Shown: positions 52,801-64,000 of the stretch, in pieces
Numbering within the stretch: position 1 is the first letter of the stretch
How the letters are laid out: the number at the start of each line of letters is the position of its first letter
NCBI GenBank assembly: GCA_963665115.1
Contig: OY762007.1
Location: forward strand, 6,048,001 to 6,112,000
Origin: an uncultured Rivularia sp.
GTDB lineage: Bacteria; Cyanobacteriota; Cyanobacteriia; Cyanobacteriales; Nostocaceae
DNA length: 64,000 bases
Reading direction: 5' to 3'
Notes under the pieces: model-generated
What the model was told of the DNA's origin: nothing
The model's database searches: none
The model's input: only the letters and a program-made list of their open reading frames with translations
Translations under genes and position numbers: made by a program

Positions 52801-55800
52801 TATACCTACTTTTTCTATACCAAGTACTTCTGTCCAAATACCCACTAATAAATTCTCAATTGGCGTGGAAGCAGGGACTATATTAGATGATGATGCTTGT
52901 GTTAATTCAGGTACAGGTAGTGCTTTGCGGTCAACTTTACCATTAGGTGTTAGGGGTAATTCCTCTAATGTGACGAAAGCTGTTGGCACCATGTAGTTTG
53001 GTAACTTTGATTCTAAAAATTCCCGTAGTTCGGTAATTGCCAGTGTTTGTTCAAGATGAGCAACTACATAAGCGACTATTTGTTGAGAATCTACCTTATC
53101 TTTCCTTACTACAACTACAGTTTCTCGTACTGCTGGGTATTGGCTTATTACTGCCTCAATTTCTCCCAATTCAATGCGGAAACCGCGTATTTTTACTTGA
53201 TTATCAATACGACCAATGTAATCTATATCTCCACTGGGCAGATAGCGTGCTAAGTCCCCAGTTTTATACAGACGTGTTGCTTGTGTACTAAAGGGATTGG
53301 GGATAAATTTCTCCGCACTCAAGTCAGGACGGTTTAAGTAACCCCTAGCTACTCCTACACCACCAATATAAACTTCACCCGCTACACCCATCGGAACAGG
53401 TTTAAGATATTTATCAAGTATGTAAATTTGAATATTGGCAATTGGTTGACCAATGGGAACTGTATTTTGGTCACTAAGATTATCTTTTTTACACTGCCAA
53501 TAAGTGACATCTACAGCAGCTTCTGTCGGACCGTAAAGATTATGTAGTTGAGCATTAAGTCGATTGAAAAACCGTTCTTGCAGTTGGGCTGGTAAAGCCT
53601 CACCACTTGCAATTACTCGCACTAGAGATTGGCATTTTTCTAAACCTTCTACCTCCAGAAATACTTGCAACATTGACGGCACAAAATGTAAAGTCGTAAT
53701 TCGCTGCTTTCTAATTAAATTAACTAGGTAGCTGGGGTCTCGATGACCTTCTGGTTGAGCTACTACTAAACGCGCACCCGTAATTAACGTCCAGAAAAAC
53801 TCCCACACTGATACGTCAAAACTGAAGGGAGTTTTCTGTAAAACAGCATCTGCTGACGTTAATTGGTAAGTATCTTGCATCCACAATAAGCGATTACAAA
53901 TACCATTATGGCTATTCATCGCACCTTTGGGCTTACCTGTGGAACCGGAAGTGTAAATTACGTAAGCAAGGCTATCAATTGTGGTATTGGATACAGGATT
54001 TTCTGTGCTTTCCGAAGCGATTTGTTCCCAGTCACTATCAATGCAAATTACTTGAGCTTGATGAGAAGGTAGGCTTTCTAATAAGTATTGTTGTGTTAGT
54101 AATACGCTTGGTTGCGAGTCTTCTAACATATAAGCCAAGCGTTCTTGAGGATAGTTAGGGTCTAGGGGTACATATGCACCACCTGCTTTGGGGATGGCTA
54201 ATAGTCCAATGACCATATCAAGGGAGCGCTCTACACAGATCCCCACTAATACCTCTGGTTTTACTCCCAGTAAGCGCAAATGATGTGCTAGTTGATTGGC
54301 TTTAGCGTTTAATTCGCGGTAGGTTAATTGTTGGTCTTCAAAAACTACTGCGATTGCATTACTGATTTTCTCTACCTGCGCTTCAAATAATTCATGTATA
54401 CATTTATCTTGGCAGCAATCAGTAGTTGTATTATTCCAATTAACTAAAAGAGTTTGACGCTCAGCTTCTGTTAATAGCGGCAATTCCGATAAACGCTTCT
54501 TTGGTTGGGAAACAATACCCTCAAGCAAATTAGTAAAATGCCCTACCATTCTCTCAATGGTTGAGGCATCAAACAAATCTGTGTTGTACTCCCACCATCC
54601 CCAAAGTTCTGGCTTTGAATCCACCAAATTTAACGTTAAATCAAATTTTGCTGTTCCATTGTGGTTCTCAAGCCACTTTAGAGTTAGATCGGGTAGTACT
54701 AAATCTTTTTTAGTATCTTCTTGCAAAGCAAAAGTTACTTGAAACAATGGGGTATGACTGAGATTTCGTTCAGGGTGTAGTTCTGCCACCAATCGTTCAA
54801 AAGGTAGCTCTGCATGGGCATAAGCTTCTACACATACTTCGCGCACTCTACTCAGTAATTCTAAAAAGCTTGGGTTTCCAGAAAGGTCAGTACGAAGCGC
54901 AAGGGTGTTTACAAAAAAACCGATTAACCCTTCAATATCACCGTGGTTCCGATTAGCAATTGGAGAACCAATACAGATGTCTTCTTGACTTGTATAGCGG
55001 TACAATTGTACTTTAAATGCTGTTAACAAGGTCATAAATAAACTAACACCTTGTTGGTTGCTCAAAGTCCTCAGTTGATCGCTCAAGTGTGATGATAGCT
55101 TAAAAAATTTAGCTGCTCCTTTAAAACTTTGTACTGGAGGTCGCTGATGGTCTATTGGCAAAGATAAAGTGGTTGGAGGATCTGCAAGTTGTTGCTTCCA
55201 ATATGAAAGTTGAGTTTTTTCTCGTTCCCCTTGTAACCATTGACGCTGCCAAATCGAATAGTCTGCATATTGAATGGATAGCTCTGCAAGTGGAGAAGAT
55301 GTTTCAGCCGAAAAAGCTTCGTATATCGCTGCTAATTCTTTATTTAGCACTTGTATTGACCATCCGTCGCAAATAATGTGGTGGAGGACTAACAAAAGTA
55401 TATATTTATGTTCGCCAGTATGTAATAACTTCACCCGCAGCAAAGGAGTGGATGTTAAGTCGAAAGACTTGTGAGCAATTTCAGCAGTTAAGCGCTCAAT
55501 TTCAGCATCTTGCAATGCTTGTGGTAAGTCACTCAAGTTCACCACTGGCAATCTTATACTTAACGTGGGATGAATTACTTGAACTGGTTGCTCGTCTAAA
55601 GTTTCAAAAGAAGTACGTAGAGATTCATGACGTTTTACAATTTCATTAAAACTCTTCTCTAATGCTGCAAAATTCAGAATACCTTTTAGCTGTATACAAG
55701 CAAATTCGTTGTAGACAGAACTTTGAGGTTCTAATTGTTGAAGAAACCATAGTCGCTGCTGGGGTGCGGACAAAGGAACTGGACTTTGCTGAGTACGACG

Positions 55801-55929
55801 AGGAATTACTATTTGTTTAGTATCGGACTGATGCTCACCACGTAAGCGCTTTTCTAAAATTGCTCGTTTAGCAGGTGAGAGATTAGAACGTCGTTTAATA
55901 ATTTCATCTGTTTTACTTTGCATAATCAT
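43866..55929 (-). CDS. NRPS: C-A(Ser)-PCP-C-A(Gly)-PCP-C-A(Gly)-PCP-C-fused beta-hydroxylase; frameshifted near 45900
   Basis: A codes read as DVWHISLVDK and DILQLGMIWK x2; three GGHSL PCPs; removing one base gives LRCTLLKLGEQEHILLFTIHHIVFDG joining ORF 43866..45965; C-terminal TauD domain FHNESSH...AHGR. Confidence 0.92.
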
Positions 55930-56247
55930 ATTTCTATAAATTTATCAACCTTTGTTACAAATAACTAAATCAATTACCTTAAAATTTACATATAATAATG
56001 GTGCAGCTTGAATTCGAGTTAAATCATTTTCAAAAATAACTGAACTACAATTCTTCTCAGTTTCCTTGAAATCAGCTAATTTAGAAGAACTACACATTAT
56101 TTTACTACGATTATTTAATACTATCTCTGCCAAAAAATGAATCTTACTTCTTTACGCTAGACTCCTTAACATATTGAAAATAAATTATTTCTACTAATAT
56201 CATATTGTTCTCATCCTTATCTTTGAAACAAAGTTTTATATTATATC

Positions 56248-59200
56248 TTAGTTTAATTCCTCCAATTCTCTTAAGATATTATCCTCAATAGCTAAGGCTA
56301 ATTCGGATATAGTTGGTGCTTCAAAGACAACACTTAATGATAGTTCTACTTGATAATATTTACGAAGTTGCGAAATCATCTGAGTCGCCATTAATGAATT
56401 TCCACCTAAATCTAAAAAATTATCATTAATACCAACTTTTTCAAATCCTAATAATTCCTTCCAAACATTTGCAATTTTTTGCTCAACTTCATTGCGAGGA
56501 GCGACATAAGTACTCTCTTGAAGATTTCGTGAATGTCTTATATGAAATGATTGATTATGATTATCCGATTTTGAATTCGGATGATTTAAAGAAATATTAT
56601 TCTTGTCAATCAGTAATTGTAGATTTCGAGTTGAAACTATAACTTGAGAAAGAGAAATGCCTAAAATTCGGTCAAACGCATCAATTGCTTCTGTAGATAG
56701 CATACCATTCTCAATAGTTTCTCTTCTTAATTTTTTGAATTCATCAGAGATATCAGATTTAACCGCCATGCCAACTTCTTTCCATGCATCCCAGTTAATA
56801 GCTACTGTAAATTGATGATTTTGACGAGTGTTAAAGTGAGCAAATGTATCTAAAAAGTTATTAGCTGCACAATAATCGACATCACCCAATCCACCTAAAA
56901 CCGAACTGAGACTTGAGATGAGTACCCAAAAGTCTAAGTTTATATTCTTGAGAAGATTGTGAAGTACTAGAGTTCCTTTTATTTTGGGGTCAGCAATATT
57001 TCTTCGTTTACTTAATGACTTGTTTTGGATTAATTCAATATCAATATCGGTAAATGCTGCTGCATGAATGACCCCATTAATTTCACCAAATCTTTCTATA
57101 CTTTGGTAAATAACCTGTTGCATCTGCTCATAATTAGTCACATCAGCAGATAATACGAAAACTTCTGCTCCTAATGTTTCTAATTCCTGTATTTGTTTAA
57201 TTTTTATGCTAGTAGCATCGGAAATATCATTGCTAGCTAACCATTGATTCCAATCCTCTCTTAATGGTAATTCCGAGCGTCCAATAAGAATTAGTTTAGC
57301 TTGTATTTTCTGAGCAAGGTATTTACTAAGTTCTAATCCTACTCCTCCCAGACCACCCGTAATTAAATATACACCTTGTTGACGTAATTGTGTTTTATTG
57401 TTGGTAGAAGATTTTTCTAAGTATATAGGTTCAAAGACTTGTACCCAACGATGATTATTTCGATAAGCAATAATTAATTCCTCTGAATTTAATCCAAATT
57501 CTGCAATTAATTCCTTAACTAAATTTTCAACTTTTAAATCAGATATTACTACATCAATTTGACTGCATTTAATGCCAGGATATTCTTGCGGTATAACCTT
57601 ACAAGGAGCTAAAATTGTAGCTTTTATTGGTGATAACTTTTCATTACCAGTCACATCATAAAGATTATTAGTGATAACTGAAATTTGAATATTTTTACTA
57701 ATATCTTGTTTTTCTAAAGCTTGCACTAAATAAATTAAACTCCAAAAACCGTTATTTTGAATTGTTTCTATTGGTTGGTTTAATGAATTACTGACACTCC
57801 ATAAATGAGTTATAACTTTTGGTATTTTTCCTTGTTTATAAATAGTCTGGAGCAAAATATTATAGTCATCCTGGTTCTTTGGATTAATAGTATAAGTGTT
57901 GCAATCAATTTGCTTAAATTCATCGCTAATTAATACTGCAATGGCATCTTGTTGTTTTTGTCGCAATTGTTGGACTATTTCAGAACCGATTCCGCATTCA
58001 TCAACAAAAACTAAGTAACAACCCGATACTATTTGCCCAGTTTTTAACAAAGGAACTCGTTTCCAAGAAGGAACATAAAACCAGTCAGCAATATTTGAAT
58101 TTTTAGTCAGATTTTTTTCGTGCTTAGTTAATAATGGGATTCGTTGTTCGGGTTCAATCCAGTAACGTTGTCGTTCAAAAGGATATGTTGGTAAAGGAAC
58201 GCGATGACGACGCTCGCGCTGATAAAATTCCGACCAATTGATGGGAACACCTTTCAACCAAAGCTGCCCTAAAGTATTAAGTATAAACGCTACGTCTGAG
58301 TTTTGCTCTTTAGGATGCCGTAAAGAAGGTAATACAACTTCTCCCATTGCTTCCTGAGAATGCTGTTTAACCAGAGTACATAATGTACGTCCCCGGTCCG
58401 ATTTCTAACAGAATACGATTTGGCTCTTCCAATAATGTAGATACACCACCACAAAACTGTACTGTTTGCCGTAAATGCTGCGCCCAATAATTTGCATCTG
58501 CTGCTTGTTCTGCTGTAATCCAGGTTCCCGTAACATTAGAAATAAAGGGAATTTTGGGATAATTCAGTTTAATTTTTTTAACTGCCTTGATGAATAGTTC
58601 TAATGCAGGTTCCATCATTTGAGAATGAAAAGCATGAGATGTATGTAAACACCGACACTCTACACCTTTAGCAGTTAATTGTTCGTGTAAGGTCTTTATA
58701 GCATCGTGAGTTCCTGAAACTACGCATAGTGAAGGTGCATTACTGGTAGCTAATGATAACTGTTCGTTTAATAAGCTTTTAACTTCAGCTTCTGGTAAGG
58801 GAACGGACAGCATAATACCCGGTGACATTTGCTGCATTAATTTTCCCCGATTAGCAACTAAAAGTAGAGCATCTTCAACTGACATCACACCAGCTATACA
58901 AGCAGCGACATACTCACCAATGCTGTGTCCTATCATGGCTTGAGGAGTTATACCCCAAGACATCCACAATCGAGCTAAAGCATACTCAATTACGAATAAT
59001 GCTGGTTGCGCGAAGTTAGTTTGCTTCAGTTTTTCTGCTGCTATTTCCCGCTTTGAGTCTTCCGGATAGATGAGCGATCGCAAATCTAATTCCAATGGTT
59101 TCATTAAAATTGAACAGCAATTATCTACTATCTCGCTGAATGTTGTTTCAGTTTGATAAAGTTCCCAAGCCATATTTATATACTGGGAACCTTGTCCGGA

Positions 59201-60799
59201 GAACATAAAAGTAATAGGATGCTCGCTAGTTTCCTCAAAGTGAGTAAAAACTTTTTTCGGCTCTAGTGGTTCTAATGCATTAATAGCATCCTCGTTGTTC
59301 TGACACACCAAAACTCTACGGTGATTGAACTCAGCACGTCCTATTTGTAATGTGTAGGCTACATCAGCTAGTTTTAACTCAGGATGTTGTCTAAGTTGTT
59401 TTACTAAATTTTCTGTAGCTGTTTGCAATGCTGATTCAGTTTTCGCTGAAAGTAATAACAACTGCCAAGGACGAGAATTAGTAGACTCTTCAAGGGCTGG
59501 AGCTTCTTCTAAAATTAGGTGAGCATTTGTACCCCCTATACCCAAAGAACTTACACCAGCACGACGAGGAGTACCGTTTTTCTCCCACTGGGAAAGTTGA
59601 GTATTAACAAAGAAGGGACTGTTATCAAAATCAATCTGAGGATTTGGCTGCTCAAAATGTAAGCTGGGTGGTATTTGCTTATGTTTGAGAGCCAAAGCAG
59701 TTTTGATTAAACTCGTAACCCCTGCTGCTGCATCTAAATGACCGATATTCGTTTTGACTGAACCAATTGCACAAAATTGCTTTTTATCGGTGCTTTCGCG
59801 AAAAACATTTGTTAAAGCAGAAATTTCAATGGGATCTCCTAAAACGGTTCCTGTTCCATGAGCTTCAATATAGCTAATGGTTTCAGGTTCCACATCTGCT
59901 AAACCTAGTGCTTCTGCAATCACTTGAGATTGTCCGTTAACACTCGGTGCAGTGTAACCAACTTTACCCGAACCATCATTATTGATAGCGCTACCTTTAA
60001 TGACAGCATAGATATTGTCACCCGAAGCGATCGCCTCAGCTAAACGCTTTAAAACCACTACTCCAGCACCATTACCAATAATCGTTCCTCTTGCTTTAGC
60101 ATCAAAAGCGCGACAGTGACCGTCAGGAGATAAAATTCCTCCTTCTTGATGCAAATACCCTGTTTTTTCGGGAATGCGAATAGATACTCCACCTGCTAAA
60201 GCCATATCGCATTGGTAATTCAATAGACTTTGACAAGCAAGGGTTGTTGCCACTAAGGAAGTAGAACAAGCAGTTTGTACCGTCAAACTTGGACCAGTAA
60301 GGTTTAATTTATAGGAAACGCGAGTAGCAAGAAAATCTTTATCGTTACCTATCATTTTCTGGAAACTGTTAGCTGACCCAATTTGGTCGCGGTTTAAGTT
60401 AAATGATTGATAATTATTTAAACTAGCACCAGCATAAACACCAATTCTATTGTCACTATTTTGGGAACTATAGCCAGCATTTTCCAATGCTTCCCAGGCA
60501 CATTCCAAAAACAAACGATGTTGGGGATCTGTTACTTCTGCTTCTTTTGGGTTAAAACCAAAAAATGAAGCATCAAATAAATCAATATCTTCTAATGTTG
60601 TTCCAACTTTTAAATAGTCAGGATGATTAAGAAATTCCCCAGAAACTCCAGATGCAATTAATTCTTCATCTGTAAACGTATAAATTGACTCAACTCCATC
60701 ACATAAATTCTGCCAAAAGCTGGAAACATTTTTCGCACCGGGAAAACGCCCAGAAATACCAATAATAGCAATACCTTCGAGAAAATTAGAGTTACCCAT
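56248..60799 (-). CDS. Type I PKS module KS-AT(malonyl)-KR-ACP; frameshifted at 58391-58394
   Basis: KS TACSTS, HGTGT, NIGH; AT GHSIGE and HAFHS; KR TGGLGGVG and YCAAN; ACP GGNSL; removing one C gives EIGPGRTLCTLVKQ joining the two ORFs. Confidence 0.92.
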
Positions 60800-60802
60800 A
60801 AT

Positions 60803-63800
60803 TTAATTCTTTTTACCCTGCTTACTTAATAAGCGCTTCTGGCGATTGATAGCTTCAATTTGCTTTTGAGCGCGACTACGTGTTCCTTTAAAAGAAAGCT
60901 GTTGTTTTTGATTTAAATATTCTGCTAATGAGTAAATAGTAGGATTTTGAAACATCGTTACTACTGATATATCTCGCTGCAAAATTGCACTCAGTTTATT
61001 ATTTACTTGCAGCATCAGTAATGAATTACCACCTAAATCGAAAAAGTTATCATTAATACCTATTTTGTCTAGATGCAGCACTTCTTGCCAAAGCTTGGCA
61101 ATCTGCTGTTCCGTTTCAGACTGGGGTGGCTTAAAAGTGGCTGTTAACTCTGGACGCTGATTATCAGGTACGGGTAAAGCACGACGGTCTATTTTGCCAT
61201 TAGGTGTCAAAGGTAAAGCATCTAGGATTACAAAGCTAGAAGGAAGCATATATTCGGGGAGTTTTTGTTTGAGAAAGCCTCGTAATTCATCTACAGAAGG
61301 CTTAGTATTCTCATGAGTAACCAGATATGCAATTAAACGACAGTCATTTGGTGTATCTTCCCTAGCTACTACTACCGTTTCCCTTACCTGGGGATGCTGC
61401 TGTAATAAAGCTTCAATTTCTCCTAGCTCAATGCGATTTCCACGAATTTTGACTTGATAATCTATTCTGCCTAAAAATTCAATGTTTCCATCTTCGCGAT
61501 AGCGTGCTAAATCTCCCGTTTTGTAAAGCCGTGCGTTTAAACTGAGATTTTGACTAGAAGAATTCCTATCTAATTGTAAACCATTAAATGGATTAGGGAT
61601 AAATTTTTCTTCAGTTAATTCTGGTCTATTCAAATAACCTCGTGCTAATCCCACTCCACCGATATGTAACTCGCCGGGAACCCCTATAGGAACAGGCTTT
61701 AAGCGTTTATCTAAGATAAATAGCTGTGTATTCGCAATTGGACGACCAATAGGAACAATATTTTCATTTTGAGCAGATTTACAGCACCACGCACTCACAT
61801 CAATAGACGCTTCCGTTGGTCCGTATAAGTTATGTAATTCAGCTTCAAAACTCTCGAAAAACCTTTGCTGTAATTCAGAAGATAAAGCTTCACCACTACA
61901 AATTACACGCTTGATACTTTTACAGTTTTGATGTTGTGGTTCCTCTAGAAAAACTTGCAGCATAGAAGGAACAAAGTGAAGTGTAGTTATTTTTTGTTGT
62001 GATATGAGTTCCGCTATATACCCCGCATCTTGATGACCTCCTGGTTTCGCTATAACTAAAGATGCACCCGTTAATAATGTCCAGAAAAATTCCCATACCG
62101 ATACATCGAAACTAAAAGGAGTTTTTTGTAATACTCGGTCTGATGATGTTAATTGATAAGCATCTTGCATCCACAGTAAGCGATTACACGCACCTTGATG
62201 AGTATTCATTACTCCCTTGGGTTTACCTGTAGAACCAGATGTATAAATTACATAGACTAAATTTTCTGGCTTTACATCGCTGGCTGGATTTTGAGAACTG
62301 TAATTTGTATTTGTATATATTGAACCTTCAGTATCTATACATACTAATTGGGCTTGATGTGGTGGGATTTCATTTTCCAAATGCGGTTGAGTTAACAATA
62401 CTGATACCTGAGCATCTGCCAGCATGAATTCCAGTCGTTCTTTGGGATATGCTGGGTCTAACGGTAAATATGCTCCTCCAGCTTTCAAAATAGCTATTAA
62501 ACCTACCACCATTTCAATAGAGCGTTCCATACAAATACCAACAACTGTGTCTGATTTCACACCCTGTTGCTGCAAGTAATGGGCTATTTGATTGGCTCGG
62601 CTGTTCAACTCCTGATAGGTTAATTGTTGCTGTCCAAAGATGACAGCAATATCAGATGGTGTTTTCTCTACTTGTTTCTCAAATAACTGATGAATACACT
62701 TATCTTGAGGATAATCTGTCTTAGTATCATTCCACTCAACTAATAACTGCTGTACTTCAGGTGGTGTTAATAATGGTAATTCTGAAATACATTGTTGGGA
62801 ATCGGTAACTATACTTGACAGCAAAGTTTGGAAATTTCCCAGCATTCGGGTAATAGTATTTGCATTAAATAAATCCGTATTGTACTCGCAAGTTGCAACT
62901 AATCCTTCCTGAGAGTCCTCCATAAACAATGTCAAATCAAACTTGGATGTACCGTTATGAACTTCCTCATAACTAACTGATACATCAGGTAAATCTAAAC
63001 TCGGCATTGGAACATTTTGCAAAACGAACATCGCCTGAAACAGTGGATTGTAGCTCAGGTCTCTATTTGGCTGTAGTTCTTCTACTAATTTTTCAAAAAG
63101 TAAGTCCTGGTGAACGTAAGCTTCTAAAGCTGTTGATTTCACTTGCGCTAATAACTCTTGAAAACTAAGCTTGTCAGATAATTCTGTACGCAGTACTAAA
63201 ACGTTGACGAAAAATCCGATTAGTTGCTCAATTTCTGCTTTGTTACGATTAGCAATCGGCGAACCCACAATAATATCAGTCTGGCCTGTATAGCGATACA
63301 GCAAAATTTTGAAGGCAGTAAGCAAGGTCATAAACAAAGTTACTCCCTGGTGACGGCTCAAATCCTTCAGTTCTTGTCTCAGAGTTTGGGGAAGAACTAA
63401 TTTTGCGATTGCACCTTTAAAAGTTTGAACTGGGGGTCGCGGACGGTCAGTTGGTAAATTCAGTACGCTTAGTTCACCCTCTAATTTTTGTTTCCAATAA
63501 GTCAGTAGTGGTTGAGTACGTTCCGAATCAATTGATTTGCGTTGCCAATTAAGAAAATCTCTATATTGGATAGGTAATTCCGGAAGTTTGGGAAGTTCGT
63601 TTTTAGAATATGCATCATATAGCCCAACTAGTTCTTTGATAAAAATGCCTATAGACCAACCATCTGCAATTATATGATGCAGAACAATAATTAAATGATA
63701 ATTTTTGTCACTTATTTGTACAAATTTTGCACGAATTAGCGATTTAGAAGATAAATCAAAAGGCTGTTGTGCTAACTCTGTAGTTAAACGCTGTGCTACG

Positions 63801-64000
63801 CTATTGCGTTCGTTTTCTGGCAATGAGCGTAAATCTTCAAAGAATAAATTTAAGGGTTCAGCTTGATTAATAACTTGAACGGGCTGTCCATCATTCAACG
63901 TAAAGCTTGTACGCAATACTTCGTGTCGTCTGACAATTTCGTTTAAACATTCTTGTAAGATTGCTTGATTAACAGAACCTTTTAAATTAATAACTACAGG
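60803..64000 (-). CDS. NRPS, 5'-partial: C-A(Ser)-PCP
   Basis: The frame is open to the window edge (PVVINLKG...RRHEVLRT); HHIIADG; A code read as DVWHISLIDK; PCP GGNSL. Confidence 0.92.
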   Translation of the reverse strand, partial: PVVINLKGSVNQAILQECLNEIVRRHEVLRTSFTLNDGQPVQVINQAEPLNLFFEDLRSLPENERNSVAQRLTTELAQQPFDLSSKSLIRAKFVQISDKNYHLIIVLHHIIADGWSIGIFIKELVGLYDAYSKNELPKLPELPIQYRDFLNWQRKSIDSERTQPLLTYWKQKLEGELSVLNLPTDRPRPPVQTFKGAIAKLVLPQTLRQELKDLSRHQGVTLFMTLLTAFKILLYRYTGQTDIIVGSPIANRNKAEIEQLIGFFVNVLVLRTELSDKLSFQELLAQVKSTALEAYVHQDLLFEKLVEELQPNRDLSYNPLFQAMFVLQNVPMPSLDLPDVSVSYEEVHNGTSKFDLTLFMEDSQEGLVATCEYNTDLFNANTITRMLGNFQTLLSSIVTDSQQCISELPLLTPPEVQQLLVEWNDTKTDYPQDKCIHQLFEKQVEKTPSDIAVIFGQQQLTYQELNSRANQIAHYLQQQGVKSDTVVGICMERSIEMVVGLIAILKAGGAYLPLDPAYPKERLEFMLADAQVSVLLTQPHLENEIPPHQAQLVCIDTEGSIYTNTNYSSQNPASDVKPENLVYVIYTSGSTGKPKGVMNTHQGACNRLLWMQDAYQLTSSDRVLQKTPFSFDVSVWEFFWTLLTGASLVIAKPGGHQDAGYIAELISQQKITTLHFVPSMLQVFLEEPQHQNCKSIKRVICSGEALSSELQQRFFESFEAELHNLYGPTEASIDVSAWCCKSAQNENIVPIGRPIANTQLFILDKRLKPVPIGVPGELHIGGVGLARGYLNRPELTEEKFIPNPFNGLQLDRNSSSQNLSLNARLYKTGDLARYREDGNIEFLGRIDYQVKIRGNRIELGEIEALLQQHPQVRETVVVAREDTPNDCRLIAYLVTHENTKPSVDELRGFLKQKLPEYMLPSSFVILDALPLTPNGKIDRRALPVPDNQRPELTATFKPPQSETEQQIAKLWQEVLHLDKIGINDNFFDLGGNSLLMLQVNNKLSAILQRDISVVTMFQNPTIYSLAEYLNQKQQLSFKGTRSRAQKQIEAINRQKRLLSKQGKKN

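Larger units (their letters stand above)
5073..60034. repeat. Dispersed HIP1 octamers GCGATCGC
   Basis: At least a dozen copies seen, e.g. 5073, 8520, 12519, 21495, 36541, 51081; present in both halves; hallmark of cyanobacterial DNA. Confidence 0.85.

Noticed and set aside
55945..56133. 62-aa ORF between the PKS and NRPS genes
   Set aside because: Non-ATG start, very AT-rich, no recognisable domain
26312..62427. Numerous 60-140 aa ORFs antisense or nested within NRPS/PKS/MFS genes
   Set aside because: Shadow frames of long, well-supported genes

Overview
AT-rich DNA from a filamentous cyanobacterium: it carries recurrent HIP1 GCGATCGC octamers and heptamer/octamer tandem-repeat elements. 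It has two halves. (1) About 1-20.5 kb is a plasmid-like backbone: an HTH replication-initiator-like gene containing a 5 x 20-bp iteron-like array, a DnaB helicase, a truncated adenine methyltransferase abutting a 5'-truncated ParM-like actin, a MobD-like ATPase, a NarL regulator, and a ~1480-aa single-subunit RdRP/YonO-like RNA polymerase with a DxDGD motif. Next to the polymerase is a run of small minus-strand genes, three of which have a template-strand C(GTRA)G mini-hairpin 35-36 nt upstream of the ATG. A DISARM drmB remnant follows. (2) About 20.9-64 kb is the 3' part of a hybrid NRPS-PKS cluster. Its predicted visible chain is Ser-ketide-Ser-Gly-Gly-OHAsp-Gly-OHAsp, with two Asp beta-hydroxylases, interface-type C domains, E and terminal reductase domains, an aminotransferase, MFS, MbtH, TE-II and a PvdQ-like acylase; it is probably a cyanochelin-like beta-hydroxyaspartate siderophore. 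Six genes are each split by a single extra G/C in a short homopolymer, most likely sequencing error. The most novel candidate system is the element-encoded RNA polymerase with its putative hairpin promoters. All family assignments come from motif recognition by eye; no database searches were run.
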